Assembly (NCBI GenBank): GCA_002633005.1
Contig: NMRA01000196.1
Coordinates: 480,824 to 544,823, forward strand
DNA length: 64,000 nt
Source: Phoronis australis
Lineage: Eukaryota; Animalia; Phoronida
Reading direction: 5' to 3'
Shown here piece by piece: positions 53,801 through 64,000 of this stretch (its first letter is position 1; each line of letters begins with the position of its first letter). The position numbers were made by a program, and so were the translations under genes. The notes beneath the pieces are model-generated. The model had not been told where the DNA came from. It was given only the letters and a program-made list of their open reading frames with translations, and searched no databases.

Positions 53801-56800
53801 CCTGGCAGAAACACCCGAAAATCTCAACCACGGTATGCCATCAAAATATTGAGCTACATGTAGGTTAGTTTTTCAAGGTACCGGCCAAAATTGATTTCAA
53901 ACGATCAATAGTACCACACAGAACACCGAATGACGCATGACAGACAAGTTACACTCTGGAGTGGCTCCGGCAGAAACCAAAAACGACCCCCAAAGATGAG
54001 CTAGCACATGCATAAATGTACATTCGAGGTACCACAAAAAGAAACAATTACATGAGATTCAATACATGCCACAGGTAACTAAAAGCCTAATGACATACAA
54101 AATACACTGTGAGTTGTGCCCGGCAGAAACCCCAAAAATCTCTTTGACCACGGTATGCCATGAAAAGTTTGAGATTAGACTAGATTTTCGAGATACCGAC
54201 CAAAACTGATTTTAAAAGAACAACAGTACCACACAACAACGTGTTACGGCAACAAGGGGTGGTAAGTGAGGTGATTAATTCACCACACCAATTTAGACAG
54301 ACAAGAAGAGTTCCTGCCAACACACACAACATTTCAAAGTCACATGCCTGATTACAACAATTCATTCTTTAAAGACGTACTGTGCGGAAAGCTCGGCCCC
54401 TCTGTGAAGTTCTGGGGACTGTATGTATACATGAGTTATCATCTCCACAAAATCTGATGCATGCTTTGCGCAAAAACAAAATAGAGGACAACATAGAATT
54501 ACTCCCAGAACTCATCGACGTTTTATTTTTGGTCTTAATCGACCTAATGACACTTACTGTGATTGTCTTTTTCTCTACCAGCTCAAAAACGTCACACCGC
54601 AAATTCCAATGATTCTGGAATCGGGCGTTCTCGGTTAGAAGGACTAGCCAAACTTTTTCAAGGTCAGCAATAGATTTAACGCTTGAACTGACCGTTAACA
54701 GAGACGCATCTTCACCTATGAAAGGAATTTGTAATTTTCACAATTCCAACTCTGCCATGAGAAGATGGTGCATTACATCAACTCAGCGAGGATGTCTGTT
54801 ACGGAGTTGAGGTATCTGGCAGGACGACAGAGGAACCAGCAATGCATCTACGAGGAAGTAGAATTGAAAAAGATTCCCACGACAAGGACCAATTGATGAA
54901 TGCAATTTCTAATTCCTGTGAACACTTTTCAGAGCCAGCAACAACATCCGACTATTTGAATTACATGGAATTGTTCATTGTGGTGCCCCGAATGATGACC
55001 TAGTTCCAGGGTGCAATTTGTCTGTAAATGGGTCATTGAATGTTCAGTGCGGTACTATCGTTCGTTTTCAATCAGTGTTCGCCGTATCCTCAAATATCTA
55101 GTCTAGCTCGTCATTTTGGGCCCTTTTAAGCCCCCCAGGGGTCACGCCCAGAGTGCAGACAACGGAATTAAAGACGTCCATTTCTGTACATACTGAGGTG
55201 GACTCCAAATGCGCCCGCGGTCAGATGTTGGTACCTCGTTAATCTATGCTAAGTGCTCTGGGCTGCCGGTCTGTTATATGGAAATGTGAGCTTTGACCTT
55301 GGATGTAAACAAAACAATGTCTATTTTAACCAGCAGACAGTTTGACTACTTTGAGCGCATGCTCGCTTTTACATTATAAGTCGGTGGGCCAGATCTCATA
55401 GTGTTCATCCTTGTGAGTACTTTGGGGGGCAACCTAGTTTTTTCTATGTGGCTAGATAATATAACTATATAACAAATTCCAAGTTCCCACGTCTACATTT
55501 GCACATTTTTAAAAAAAAATGTTTTTGGTGCACACAATATTATGCACATTCCTGCCACTTGGTGGCGTTTTTATACTGAATTGATCAATCAGAGAGCCAG
55601 ATTGTATTGTTGTGCTTAGTTACTTCAATATGGCGGCTCCCATGGAGTGTGATGCCTATATTATTCAAGGTTTATCAAACAGCACAAAATTGTGATGCCA
55701 GAACCTGAAGAAGCCGAGAGAAGTTTCCTGGCGAAAGCTGGTGGAGTGTGGAACTCTGTAGATCAGTAGATAAAAAAGAAGAAGAGGTGTCACAAACGTT
55801 TGTGCAGAAAACAGTTGCATGTCCTGCTATAGCCTATACAATATACTGCTGTAGAAGACCAAGTGTCAGACCAAAAATTGAAAGGGAATAGAAAGGCATA
55901 GCAACGTTTCAAGACACCAGCAGTAGTACTAAAGCTGAAGCTGCTGAAAGTGATACAGATGTTATCCAAAATTTCCCAAGAAAATCAATTATACTTCCAA
56001 AATCTGAAACACCCAATTAACCTGAACAAGACAGGAACATTCTGAAACATGAGTGCATGATTTGTTAGCAGGAAAAGTGTATTATTTAACACATTTCAAG
56101 AAAGAGAAAGAAGAAACAACTTTATAGCTTTGAAAAACAGGTACGTGTTTTTGAAATGTACTTCTTGGTGTTTTCCAAGTGTGTTTCAGTTTTATCACCA
56201 ATCGTTTTTTTAACTTGTTCAAACCCTTGGCTGTGGCCTAGGCCTTAGACAATACCGCTGACCCAGTAGAGACGGTGATCATACCGTAAGTACTCCATAT
56301 GCCGGATGCTTTTCGGCAAATTATGCATCACACTGGTTAAACCATAAGTCATGTTCCTATAAGTTTAGATGTATCGTGTAGAGAGATGACTCTGAGGAGG
56401 CCGTTAATGTTTTCATTTGTTCCCAGTTTAAACAAATACTCCTGCAATCCTGTTTTTCGAACATTCCGTTGTTCAGTTGCCACATCGACACTGCTTGCGC
56501 CAGGAAGTAATCATATTGCGTTATACTGTGGTGTGATTTTAAGTACTTTAAGTCAAAAAATTTTGAGAAGGTTAACTGGAGTAGGTGGTTGCAACCAACA
56601 AGCCCAAGTGGCCGTCATCCCCTGCCGTAATCCTGGGATAGTGGCAACCTCTTCTCAATTTTTGTAAACATTAATTACTTAGGTAGCTGCAATGGTAATT
56701 AAATTAAAGTGTCTAAGTGGCCAGCGTCCCCATCGTTATTTGAGGACGGTGGAAGGCACTGCCCATTTCGTCAAACGTACCTCAAGTATAAATCGATTGA

Positions 56801-59800
56801 CTATGTTGTAAGCATCTGATTTAAAAAATTAAATTTCAAACAGTGCACTGGTATATCAGCTGTTTTATTTTCAATTGCATCAAGTAATCTAATTATTAGA
56901 CGATCAACAATTTTAGGTGACAGATCAGCCACCATGTAAATTTGTTAGGCTGGTGGTAGATCACTTCCTGGTAAGTCCGTCTGAAAAATTTGCATGCCAA
57001 CTCACTCATAGTTAAATGTTAAATAATTAGTGTTAATAGTTCTGTTTTTTTCAGTTGGACTTTTATCACAACCAACAGCTCAGTCCAGAGCCCTGAATAT
57101 GCAAATGAAATTCAAAGATAAAGACCTTGTGTCTTAGAAGCCAAGTACCACAGATCATCATGCTATGAAAATAGAAAGACAAAGAATGTGAAGAGTGACG
57201 AATCCACAGTTTTCAGAGATGTTTTTGTACAGTTTTGTTTGGAGTTCATTGAATCAAAGCTTCTAACACACGGAGATGTCATTTGCCTTTCAAAACTAAA
57301 GCAAGACTTTGAACCTGTTCTTCAGAAATTTGATGTGCATGAAGTTATTTGAACAGGCAATCTTAAGAAATATTGTTGAAGCTACTCACTGTTGTAGGTT
57401 GTGCCCCACTAAGAGATACGAAATTGAATTGAGGCTGTGTTTAATAATGCACTTGCTGACTCTAATTAACACAGCCCATTTTCACATATTTTGAATCAAA
57501 CGTTTGCCCAAATCCTGCTCGCCTCCAAACAAGGAGGCAGTGTTTGACCCTTCATTGTTCGCTGGCCAATCACCAGTGTGAAGTACTGTACATGTACACT
57601 CTCTAATCGACTATAGTTGGCTCCTTGGCGGTGGAGCTTTACAGTAAAAATTCATGGCAATGCCCGCAGCTCCATTGACAATACTAAACGATGAACGCTG
57701 CGAGTGCAAATAGAAGTTCTGTATGCTGGGAAACTGAGTTTGTGCTGCAATGCTGGGTCAAGCTGTACAGAAATGTGCAGCTGTGACAACTTTAGTAACA
57801 TCAGCAACACTGACTGCATAATATTGGATAGTTCTTTGACGAACAAGTCAACCCTAAATAGACTTCCAACCCCGTTTTTGTTTTTCTTTTGTATTAAAAA
57901 GTGAATTGTATTTGTTGATTAAGTCATAGAAAGTACATACTTTGATCATTGTCATGTATTTGTCTCATACTGCTTGATAAACATTCACAGAGATCATTCA
58001 ACTATATTGTTTTTGTACTATAACGTATTTCTGCAAACAAGCTGCAGTTTACACCATTAGTCAATGGTTCAGCCATTGAGGCACAATTTTTGCCCAGTCT
58101 CAAGTGTTTTGTGTTATTTTTGTTGCCAGACAATGCCAGACTAACCTCCACTAGGTGTCACTTTACATTTTTTAAATTTCACTGTTTACAATTAGTCTAC
58201 ACTAGTAAAACGTGTAATGTGAGTGTATTATTGTTCAATACAATGACATCGATGGGACCATATTACTTGTTTTACAAAAAAGATCGCAAAAACTGTTGTT
58301 TTTACAAATATTCGTTCTCTAAGCTCTATGGTGGTTATTATGCAACTTCAAACTCAAATTTCTCAAAAATGTGCAACTTTATATGTGGGAACTTTTTAGA
58401 TTTTGAAAACACTCTAGTAAATGAATTAAAAAAATAAAATAAAATTGCCCCCGTAAAGTACCCACAGAAACCATTTTCTAGATGCCATACAAATTCTGGC
58501 TCACCGCCTTTATTAGGGGTGGAGAGTTAAAAAATGCATTGGGATGGAAGATTTTATAGTTCGTCTGTGTTTCAAAACCAAAATTACTCAATCGAATCGG
58601 ACGTTTTCTTTGAAGAATTTTTTACAATATTCAAGGTAATTAACTCTCATGTTTAGAACCTCAAAACTATATTCACAGCAAGATCTGTTTAAAGGGTATT
58701 TTTATAAGTTTTCGGGTTCCATGACTGATTTTAGCAATGACATCCATATTTTCGCAGTAACATTTTAGTTGCATCGTGAGTCACGTCACAAAATAGTAGA
58801 CTTCCGTTACTGTTCTGTCAGAAATAGTGATGAGCAATATATATTTTTCGACTTCAGTGGCTGTTATGGAAATACGACTCTGGAAAGCCAAGAAAGGTTG
58901 CTTTTGAAAGATACTTGAGTAAGTAGTAAAAACATACTTGGACTTTGTTCATGCGCTCACATCTTTGTGTGTGGTCGCATATTACCGTCATCTGCCCGGG
59001 CACTGGGGCGTCTAGCGTCCGCTGCTATATCTCCAAAACCCGGTAAAGAGTCTTTATAAAAGTTGCTAGATATGTTTACGTGCACCTGACAACGGAATAT
59101 GTTGGCTTTTGGACGGATCTGACAACCACTGAGGCCCCTAGTGACAATTCAACTGTATTACGTTTGCCTGTGGATCTTATTAGATTCTTGACGGAATTTC
59201 AAGAAATTTGTGCAAATAGGTTTTGTGGCTTCGACGCAGCGGTCGACAAAAAGGCTAGCCCGATGGCCCGGGCCCAGTGGATTTACGGTAAGGCCAGTAC
59301 TTTTTAAAACTTACCGGACCGGCAGGCCAATAACTTTCAAATATAGGCTCATGTGAATGTGGTCTCATATGGTATTGATTCAAAAATGTTTATTGACTAA
59401 TTTTACATGTATGTGCCTCTGAACACTTGAACGTCAACGAGCTCACTTTTGAACCTTGTAGCACATTTATTTGATGAAGCTCGAACACTGCTTCGACTGA
59501 GTTCTTAGCCTCTCAGTGGCCATTTTCATTCACGAATTTGTTTTTTGCCTCCGCCACCCTATCTGCCAAACCACTCAAAGGATCATTATGAAAATTGGAA
59601 GACATCACTGGTATGAAAGTTGCAATTATTTTTGCTCAATTGTTTTCACATACTGTTTCAGACGCGTGTGTATAAACTCAATTTTACTTCCTTTTTCCCA
59701 GGGATTTTCCAATGCAATGCGAAAATATATTGTCAATGGGTGGATTAATCATATACAAAGACTTTTATTTTCACTGCAAGCAATTTTCACATGTCTCTGG

Positions 59801-62800
59801 ACCATCACTTTTATCACCAGTGCCCATTCTTTCTGACAATGGAGTGGTATTTGGCCCATGCTACATTCTAGATACATCCGTGGTGTGTTGATAATCAGTG
59901 GCTGAGAAATGGGCCAAGACTTCGAACCGCAATCAGATGTAGGCAAACCATTCAACAAAATTTGCACAAACTGTATTTTGCATATTTATTTGTCATTCCA
60001 CTAGAGCACCATAAGGTGGATTCTAGGGTAACCGAATCAGATCATGCGTGTACATACATCCTGGTGAGATATGTTCAAAATGATTTTTGACATGTTTTGG
60101 CCATTTTTAAGTTAGAGAATCATGAATATTTTGGCCCAAAATAGCTCATTTTTGGTTCCAAAAAGGTTCAGTTAATGAAACGGTTTTAAAACGGCTTAAA
60201 AGAACGGGAAAGAAAAAAAAATATTTCAAATATTTATGTAGACAATGAACCTCTGTTTGAGAAAACAGTCTTTGAGTTTTCAAAGAGGTTTCCGTCAACC
60301 TTCAATGCAGTGTCAAAATTAGGTAAAATTTGCCCGGTTTTGTGTGTTCGATTTTTAGCCATTTTTAGGTACTATATGTGTGCTGGGGATTTCCAATGAA
60401 TTTTTTTCATCAAATTGCCTGACTACTGGCAGTATGTAGCTGTATCTTATAAACCTCATAAAGGCCGGGGCTTCATTAATTTTTGCAAATATGTTTCTAT
60501 GGTTATTAAATCAGTCTACGTCAACTTTTAGATACTGTGACTACTGTTGGCCCCTGGTGGCAGTTTCTGTAGCTAGATTTCTATGGTGAAATTTCATGAA
60601 ATTTGGCCAAAACGTTTTCATCGAGGAAACGATGGCAAATGCATGTTTGAGAACACCGTTTCAATATTAATCTAACTGTGTTACGAAATTTGTTTTCTCT
60701 CTTGTACCTGAGGATGGCTTTTGATTAAAATCGAAACGTCGCTTACACTCTAGCGTCGTTTTTCTACGTCTCACTTCTATTTTATGTAAAAAGTAATATT
60801 ATCTACATGCATGTTTTCAGATGAGTTTAACTTGTGCTGCTACACCGGTGACAGTTTTAGGACTTTTGAAACCGTTTATGCGTCTAATCATGGCAACTGG
60901 GTACATGTACCTTAAAACCTTTCGTCCTTAAACTTGAAATGAACTAACATGATAATAAATAATATGAAGCTATGACGCAGAAGGATTCAAGCAAACTTCA
61001 CTCTTCATAATCCAAATGTAATCTATATATGTAAATCAAGTAAGATTTTTCGCATATTGTTGCTTTGATATGTCTTGAAGTACAGAGCAACTAGTTACAA
61101 AACATGAATCAAAAGCTCTTATTGTGCGTAGAATTTAGAAAAATATGTGTCTTGTTGTGTCACATTATCATACCATGAACAGAAGTTGTTCACANNNNNN
61201 NNNNNNNNNNNNNNNNNNNNNNNNNNNNNNNNNNNNNNNNNNNNNNNNNNNNNNNNNNNNNNNNNNNNNNNNNNNNNNNNNNNNNNNNNNNNNNNNNNNN
61301 NNNNNNNNNNNNNNNNNNNNNNNNNNNNNNNNNNNNNNNNNNNNNNNNNNNNNNNNNNNNNNNNNNNNNNNNNNNNNNNNNNNNNNNNATCACCGAACGA
61401 TGTTGATAGAAACTGATTGCTAAAAACTTACCAAGTAATGTTGTGTAGTCTCCGAATGGAACTGCATTATGCAGAGCACACACGGGGCTTCAGCATCCAC
61501 ACATTTTTTGTCAGTTAGTTGACCCTGTTGACCGCAATTGTCCACGAATATAGTAACCTTAGGTCTTTTGGGAATTTGTGGCCACCTTTCGAAAACTTGC
61601 ACCAGGGAAATTAGCAGTAATAAGGCTTAGCGCGACGACGTATTTTGATAAAAATTCCATCTTTTACCAGTTGTTTACATGCAGACAGCCACGCATGCGC
61701 AATTCAATCACAACTAGTACAGCAGCGACACCGCGAGGAGAATTCTCCGAATAGCCCCATTGTATTTGATAGTCCTCACGTCTCACTCCCTAATCGCATT
61801 ATGTATTTTCTCTCATTGCATGCAATCTACTTGCATTCATACTGGAAAATTGCTGTTTTCAGAATGCGAAAACGTGTCATTTTTTGTAATCCATTGAAGG
61901 CCTATAGGCAAAAACTAAGGGGTCAATAGGTGCAAAATTGGTGGTTTTTGTATTGGAGCCAGACCATCAACACATACATAAAGTTTAAACTGAAACTCGA
62001 AGATGAATCCTAGTGTGATTTTTTGATTCCGTCTGATTTTTTTCGTGGAATGGCTCTTATGTCCTTGTTTGACATGAAAATGAGTTTCAATTTGGAGTAT
62101 AACTTCATTGTAAAGTCACTGAATTAATAAAAAGGTTAGCTTCATGCCAGTGCGATTATTATTTCCACTTAAATGTACTATTCGATTAAATGGGTGTACA
62201 CATGTGCATCAATGCTGGCGGGAACAAGGCGGGTTGGGTCTGAATTTTTTTGGAAAATTTGGACCCTAGTTGTGGAGTCTTGTATAAAGCCCTGCTGACA
62301 GATTTTGACACTTAAGGACAAATGCCTAGAGAAAATAGCATGATCTCTGATTTGCGTCGTGGACACAATCTTCCCTGTAATTGTTTTAGGAGAATTGCGT
62401 TACCTGATGCTACCTCTCTACGAACGCCTGGTGATGGGAAGTGCTATTAAGGTTTTGTGGGCGCTACAAGGTCCGACAATTCCTGCCAAGATGGAACAAC
62501 ACCTGAAGTCTCTAGTATTGCAAACAGAAGCTCTTGAAGAATACAACGAAGCGGCTATTAAGATTTTGTAAGTTAGGAGCTTGCAAGACTGAAGTCAGAA
62601 ATTTCGTATTTCTTTCAGACACCGATTTCTGAGAAATAATTCATTTCACCTCAGCAAGGCACAGGGCCTCCAAAAATGTACCCATAATTGGTAGTTGCTC
62701 AGCTGATTTTCATAAATTATTTTAGAACTGTGATGCGCTAACAATTACATGGCAAAAACGTTGTTCAGTAACTAATTGCGAAGTGGGAGATCAAGTCTCA

Positions 62801-63644
62801 CAAATGACTGAGTATACGTCACAGTTCATGAAACAGTACAGCGGGATTCTGTAATACTAGTCATGTCACTGAGACTTAGAAGTATTGAAACATTGAGCAG
62901 TACTCAAATTATTGTTGTGCAAAATATCCTTGTACTTTGATCTTCAGTTAACAAGGAGTGCGTTTAATGAACGTTGCTTTGCATTGGAACGGTAAAGCGG
63001 GATAAATAGTATAGAATGGAATATCATGACTTAATATTGCATTACTACTTGAACACAACGGCATGCTTAGCTTCTGATCATCCCCGATACAACACATTAT
63101 AATACTAAAAGGTCTGGCGCTCGGGATTGGAATTCCACGGGTGATTTAATTCAGCCGTCCATATCAAACACAAATCTCAATAAATTTACACAAAATTGGG
63201 ATTCAACCAACCATGATCAACTGTTCTTTCTCCTGATAGCATTTACAGTATTCTGCTCCAGCCAATTCGCAACAAATTTGCGATCAAACACAAAATTTGC
63301 CCCAAAAGGCCGACACGTCGGAACTCCTGTACACGGGTCAAGTGAGTCGGTTCAAGGTCAAGTAAGGTTAAGTAAGTAACGGTAACCTTCCGTGATAAAC
63401 CGACAGTAGTTGTCATCCATCGGTAACTGACGTCTGAAGTGAAGCACCCGGCCATGGAATTCCTACCCCGAGTGCCAGGCCTTTTAGTATAGGGGACTAT
63501 CAGAAGCTGAGGACGCCTGTGCTTGAACATAGGTCAGGTTCACTTGTCGATGTTTGGCACACTTCACGGGTAATCTCGCGCCGCTGGACACGTGAGCTGG
63601 AGGATGGGTTACACTTCATGGGCGGCAACCAGTGTAAAGACCAG
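38680..63644 (+). CDS. CASD1-like: CASD1-like SGNH protein, copy 2 (3'-partial); join(38680-38848,39952-40078,42504-42684,43465-43575,58858-58918,62390-62567,63533-63644...)
   Basis: Same exon sizes and phases as copy 1 (exon 2 is +6 nt), intact splice sites, GDS and DGLH kept, no stops. Exon 8 is not in the window. Confidence 0.88.
39952..40078 (+). CDS. Copy 2 exon 2
   Basis: ELLNHSKVNVNASYICEGLFHRGRHRGDDWLADECQLHRYSR; in-frame 6-nt insertion relative to copy 1. Confidence 0.9.
40546..40569. repeat. (GT)12 microsatellite
   Basis: Directly visible; not expanded in copy 1. Confidence 0.9.
42504..42684 (+). CDS. Copy 2 exon 3 (GDS)
   Basis: SLTTCMERKGKVNGRTHIAFVGDSRIRGIFYRF...NVTV|GTAAGT. 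Confidence 0.93.
43465..43575 (+). CDS. Copy 2 exon 4
   Basis: ELKWSPFLNESHASVYRAWLKSDIKQRPELVIDGVAA|GTAATT. Confidence 0.88.
44721..45175 (+). mobile_element. Short non-autonomous RTE-derived retroposon
   Basis: 10-bp TSD GGATCCGCCT (44711-44720, 45176-45185), (GAA)n tail, and an RTE-type CTAGGAGAAGGAAAACT motif in ~3 tandem ~68-bp units. Confidence 0.75.
45465..45590 (-). mobile_element. tRNA-derived SINE head
   Basis: Minus strand: A-box-like TGAGTGGTATAGTGG and B box GGTTCGAATCC; no complete cloverleaf. Confidence 0.6.
46250..46860 (-). mobile_element. Degenerate L1/Tx1-like ORF2 fragment
   Basis: KYFNNLEK, FYKHLYS, LDEPISVTEV, KSP....FSIEFF linker motifs with frameshifts. Confidence 0.6.
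47701..51177 (-). CDS. LINE ORF2: APE endonuclease + reverse transcriptase + CCHC knuckle (first ATG 51078; frame open to 51177)
   Basis: WNIEGL, ETW, GDFNAR, VVDY; FRGISL, FVDFKAAYDSI, GLKQG..LSP, LLFADD, YKYLG; CPLC...EYHF..EC. Confidence 0.95.
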   Translation of the reverse strand, partial: RLGQGPQDKSSWKFICWNIEGLKHKIQRSDFVNMIYTYDIIAFVETWGMNEDEFTLEGYQCFGSVRSKHPQAFRNSGGVVLFCKDVLGAIRLPSNSCDVLWVKIDLPDYLYPVLVAVVYQSPKSSSKNLEIMKILEREVQGYTAEMRGDCHLLIMGDFNARTRNRPDFIADDSIKYMDESSAIFDCVGYVEDRLCCRTSQDNGEVNEFGTELLDFCQRNEIRILNGRVGKDADIGSVTCVTYNGCSVVDYVMMSKDLLYCVDGFEIGEICESTAHFPLIFSMCKTQQNNWARGEQNENVYKWNEGLSLRYAENWSSPEVDQLLADVQSHLPSTIDSSVESLMEAIKLCAADMLKPKVNISYNPVSFPKWFDADCREMRAVVRQKLCNFRFSIGTLRENICRTLYVQARRDYGNLKKVKQIECKRKHYKTLKSAVESKDSKKFWRAFNIKKKGVSTNIKPEEWINYFSSLFEGQYFVTNPEFAEFHAFIENSVKNDINSSNAVVDMELDAEITKDEIIQTIGSMKDGTSPGCDKISIEFYKYADKKLVDSLFQLYNYFFKNGVFPKEWTKSIIVPIFKGGTKIPENFRGISLMQVTAKIFEKILCQRLQKWSERENVISMSQAAFRKGHSTVDHMFALYTLIIKYLTRDKGRFYCAFVDFKAAYDSIYRSALYFKLRNNRIEGKMYKIIKAMYAEVKACVKMSNGSYTEFFDCHNGLKQGSQLSPFLFILFINDLEQELESGGGETISMGSAELLHLLFADDLVLFSYSVKGLQKKLNILYEYSQKWKLIVNMSKTKIIVFRKGGMLRSYEKWTYDGNTVNIVNAYKYLGLMFTTKGSWSCAQKTLSLQATKAVNLMRKNVNGFNALPVKVSLKLFDCKILPILHYGCEIWGFNDCECIEIVHTKFCKEILNLPSTAISSTARGEMGRYSLIAYRLPRIMKYWLKLLKTDESKITYHCYEWQYNMTENVNKPCWVNDVKKLLFQFGFGEAWYNQGVGSETSFISLFKQRCKDIDQQKWQDILNNSIKLETYRTFKLNICFENYLDVIDNVNVRSDMVRLRCSAHALMIEKGRHLKLSRTERLCPLCVRTYVESEYHFVIECPFYDDLRKRYLPAWSYNNPNVTKFNRLMTLEEKDLIWSRCKYVHFAFKRRRIRFTSSV
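51178..51981 (-). CDS. LINE ORF1 (coiled coil + L1-type RRM-like domain), 267 aa
   Basis: LEEKLDDLENRSRRDNLIFHG, IERAHRLG, RPIIAK, IFITEDFS motifs. Confidence 0.92.
   Translation of the reverse strand: MPGTRKTTTPSASDRSVTRSISSYMPRSETSPKTTDISNRQLLEIINDKFEKLSNDFESLRREYATSREENSTLRDQVKSLEEKLDDLENRSRRDNLIFHGMVENGNETWEESEKQLEEFLKEQLNIVDTNIERAHRLGRKTQGKVRPIIAKLNSKDKQKIMKKRREVMDPNIFITEDFSIRVKKARRKLYEFSQSNSMENAKISFNKLICNGRVYVYDEENDMVKIKPRTTNADPRHPSTRTEAAVQHDDQVFHMASSSQAQLDQQ
53396..55284. mobile_element. Foldback-type element (copy 2), with an extra ~300-bp internal unit
   Basis: Orthologous to 22216-23798; units ~53545-53850 and ~53850-54170 are tandem. Confidence 0.7.
55377..58512 (+). mobile_element. 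Decayed Academ-like DNA transposon (copy 2 only)
   Basis: TIRs TAAGTCGGTGGGCCAGA / TCTGGCTCACCGCCTTTA, TTA on both flanks; DLV..EAKYHR remnant (~57120-57165); Cys-rich PAAP..IL...CECK...C..AG..CTEMCSC tail (~57660-57800). Confidence 0.65.
58858..58918 (+). CDS. Copy 2 exon 5
   Basis: Nucleotide-identical to 24192-24252. Confidence 0.85.
61195..61388. other. Assembly gap (194 N)
   Basis: Run of N. Confidence 0.99.
62390..62567 (+). CDS. Copy 2 exon 6
   Basis: ELRYLMLPLYERL...YNEAAIKI|GTAAGT. Confidence 0.92.
63533..63644 (+). CDS. Copy 2 exon 7 (DGLH)
   Basis: SGSLVDVWHTSRVISRRWTRELEDGLHFMGGNQCKDQ|GTAATA. Confidence 0.9.
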
Positions 63645-64000
63645 GTAATACAGACTCGCTTGATTGGTCTTGCAACTGGAACCACGGACTGTCGGCAGGA
63701 ATGGCTCACCTTCACATTGGAAGGAGGGGGCATAAAATGGAAAAGTTGGATAGCAATAGGAAAGACAGGGTTATGACAGAATGGATAGACCCCAACGGGC
63801 TCTTTTCGAAAAAGTTGTGGGGTCTCTTTCGTTAACTTGTATTGCCATTGGCGCATCTAGGATATCACAAGGGGGGCCCAACATTTTGTCCGGCTGTAAG
63901 AATTTGCGTCAACCACGATTGTAGATGCGTATAGCACCGAATGGGGGAGGTCGGGAGGGGGGTTTGCCCCCCTTCCGCCCAGGAAATTTTTCTGTTTTTT

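Larger units (their letters stand above)
38085..63813 (+). repeat. Tandem segmental duplication, copy 2
   Basis: Colinear with copy 1, with additional TE insertions. Confidence 0.93.

Noticed and set aside
38085-63813. Whole duplication as an uncollapsed haplotig
   Set aside because: The 5' half is too diverged (23/56 aa in exon 1) and has distinct old TE insertions. This cannot be fully excluded for the part after the N gap.

Overview
AT-rich (~39% GC by eye), intron- and transposon-rich eukaryotic DNA, probably a marine invertebrate (inference), with one 194-nt N gap. The window is dominated by a tandem duplication (~13.3-31.2 kb vs ~38.1-63.8 kb) of a plus-strand, 8-exon gene. I assembled it by hand with GT-AG introns and consistent phases. 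It encodes a 348-aa type II membrane protein homologous to the luminal SGNH (GDS...DxxH) domain of CASD1, without CASD1's multi-TM domain. Copy 2 lacks only exon 8, which falls beyond the window. The rest is TE debris: two deleted Kolobok elements (THAP + KolX), an Academ-like remnant, L1/Tx1 fragments, a Gypsy pol remnant with nested insertions, MITEs, a tRNA-type SINE, a short RTE-derived element and one apparently intact young LINE. In that LINE, ORF1 and ORF2 are in frame, separated only by one TAG. The most striking pattern comes from comparing the two paralogs: repeated precise TA -> TACATGTA 6-bp insertions, matching the classic Tc1/Tc3 excision footprint.
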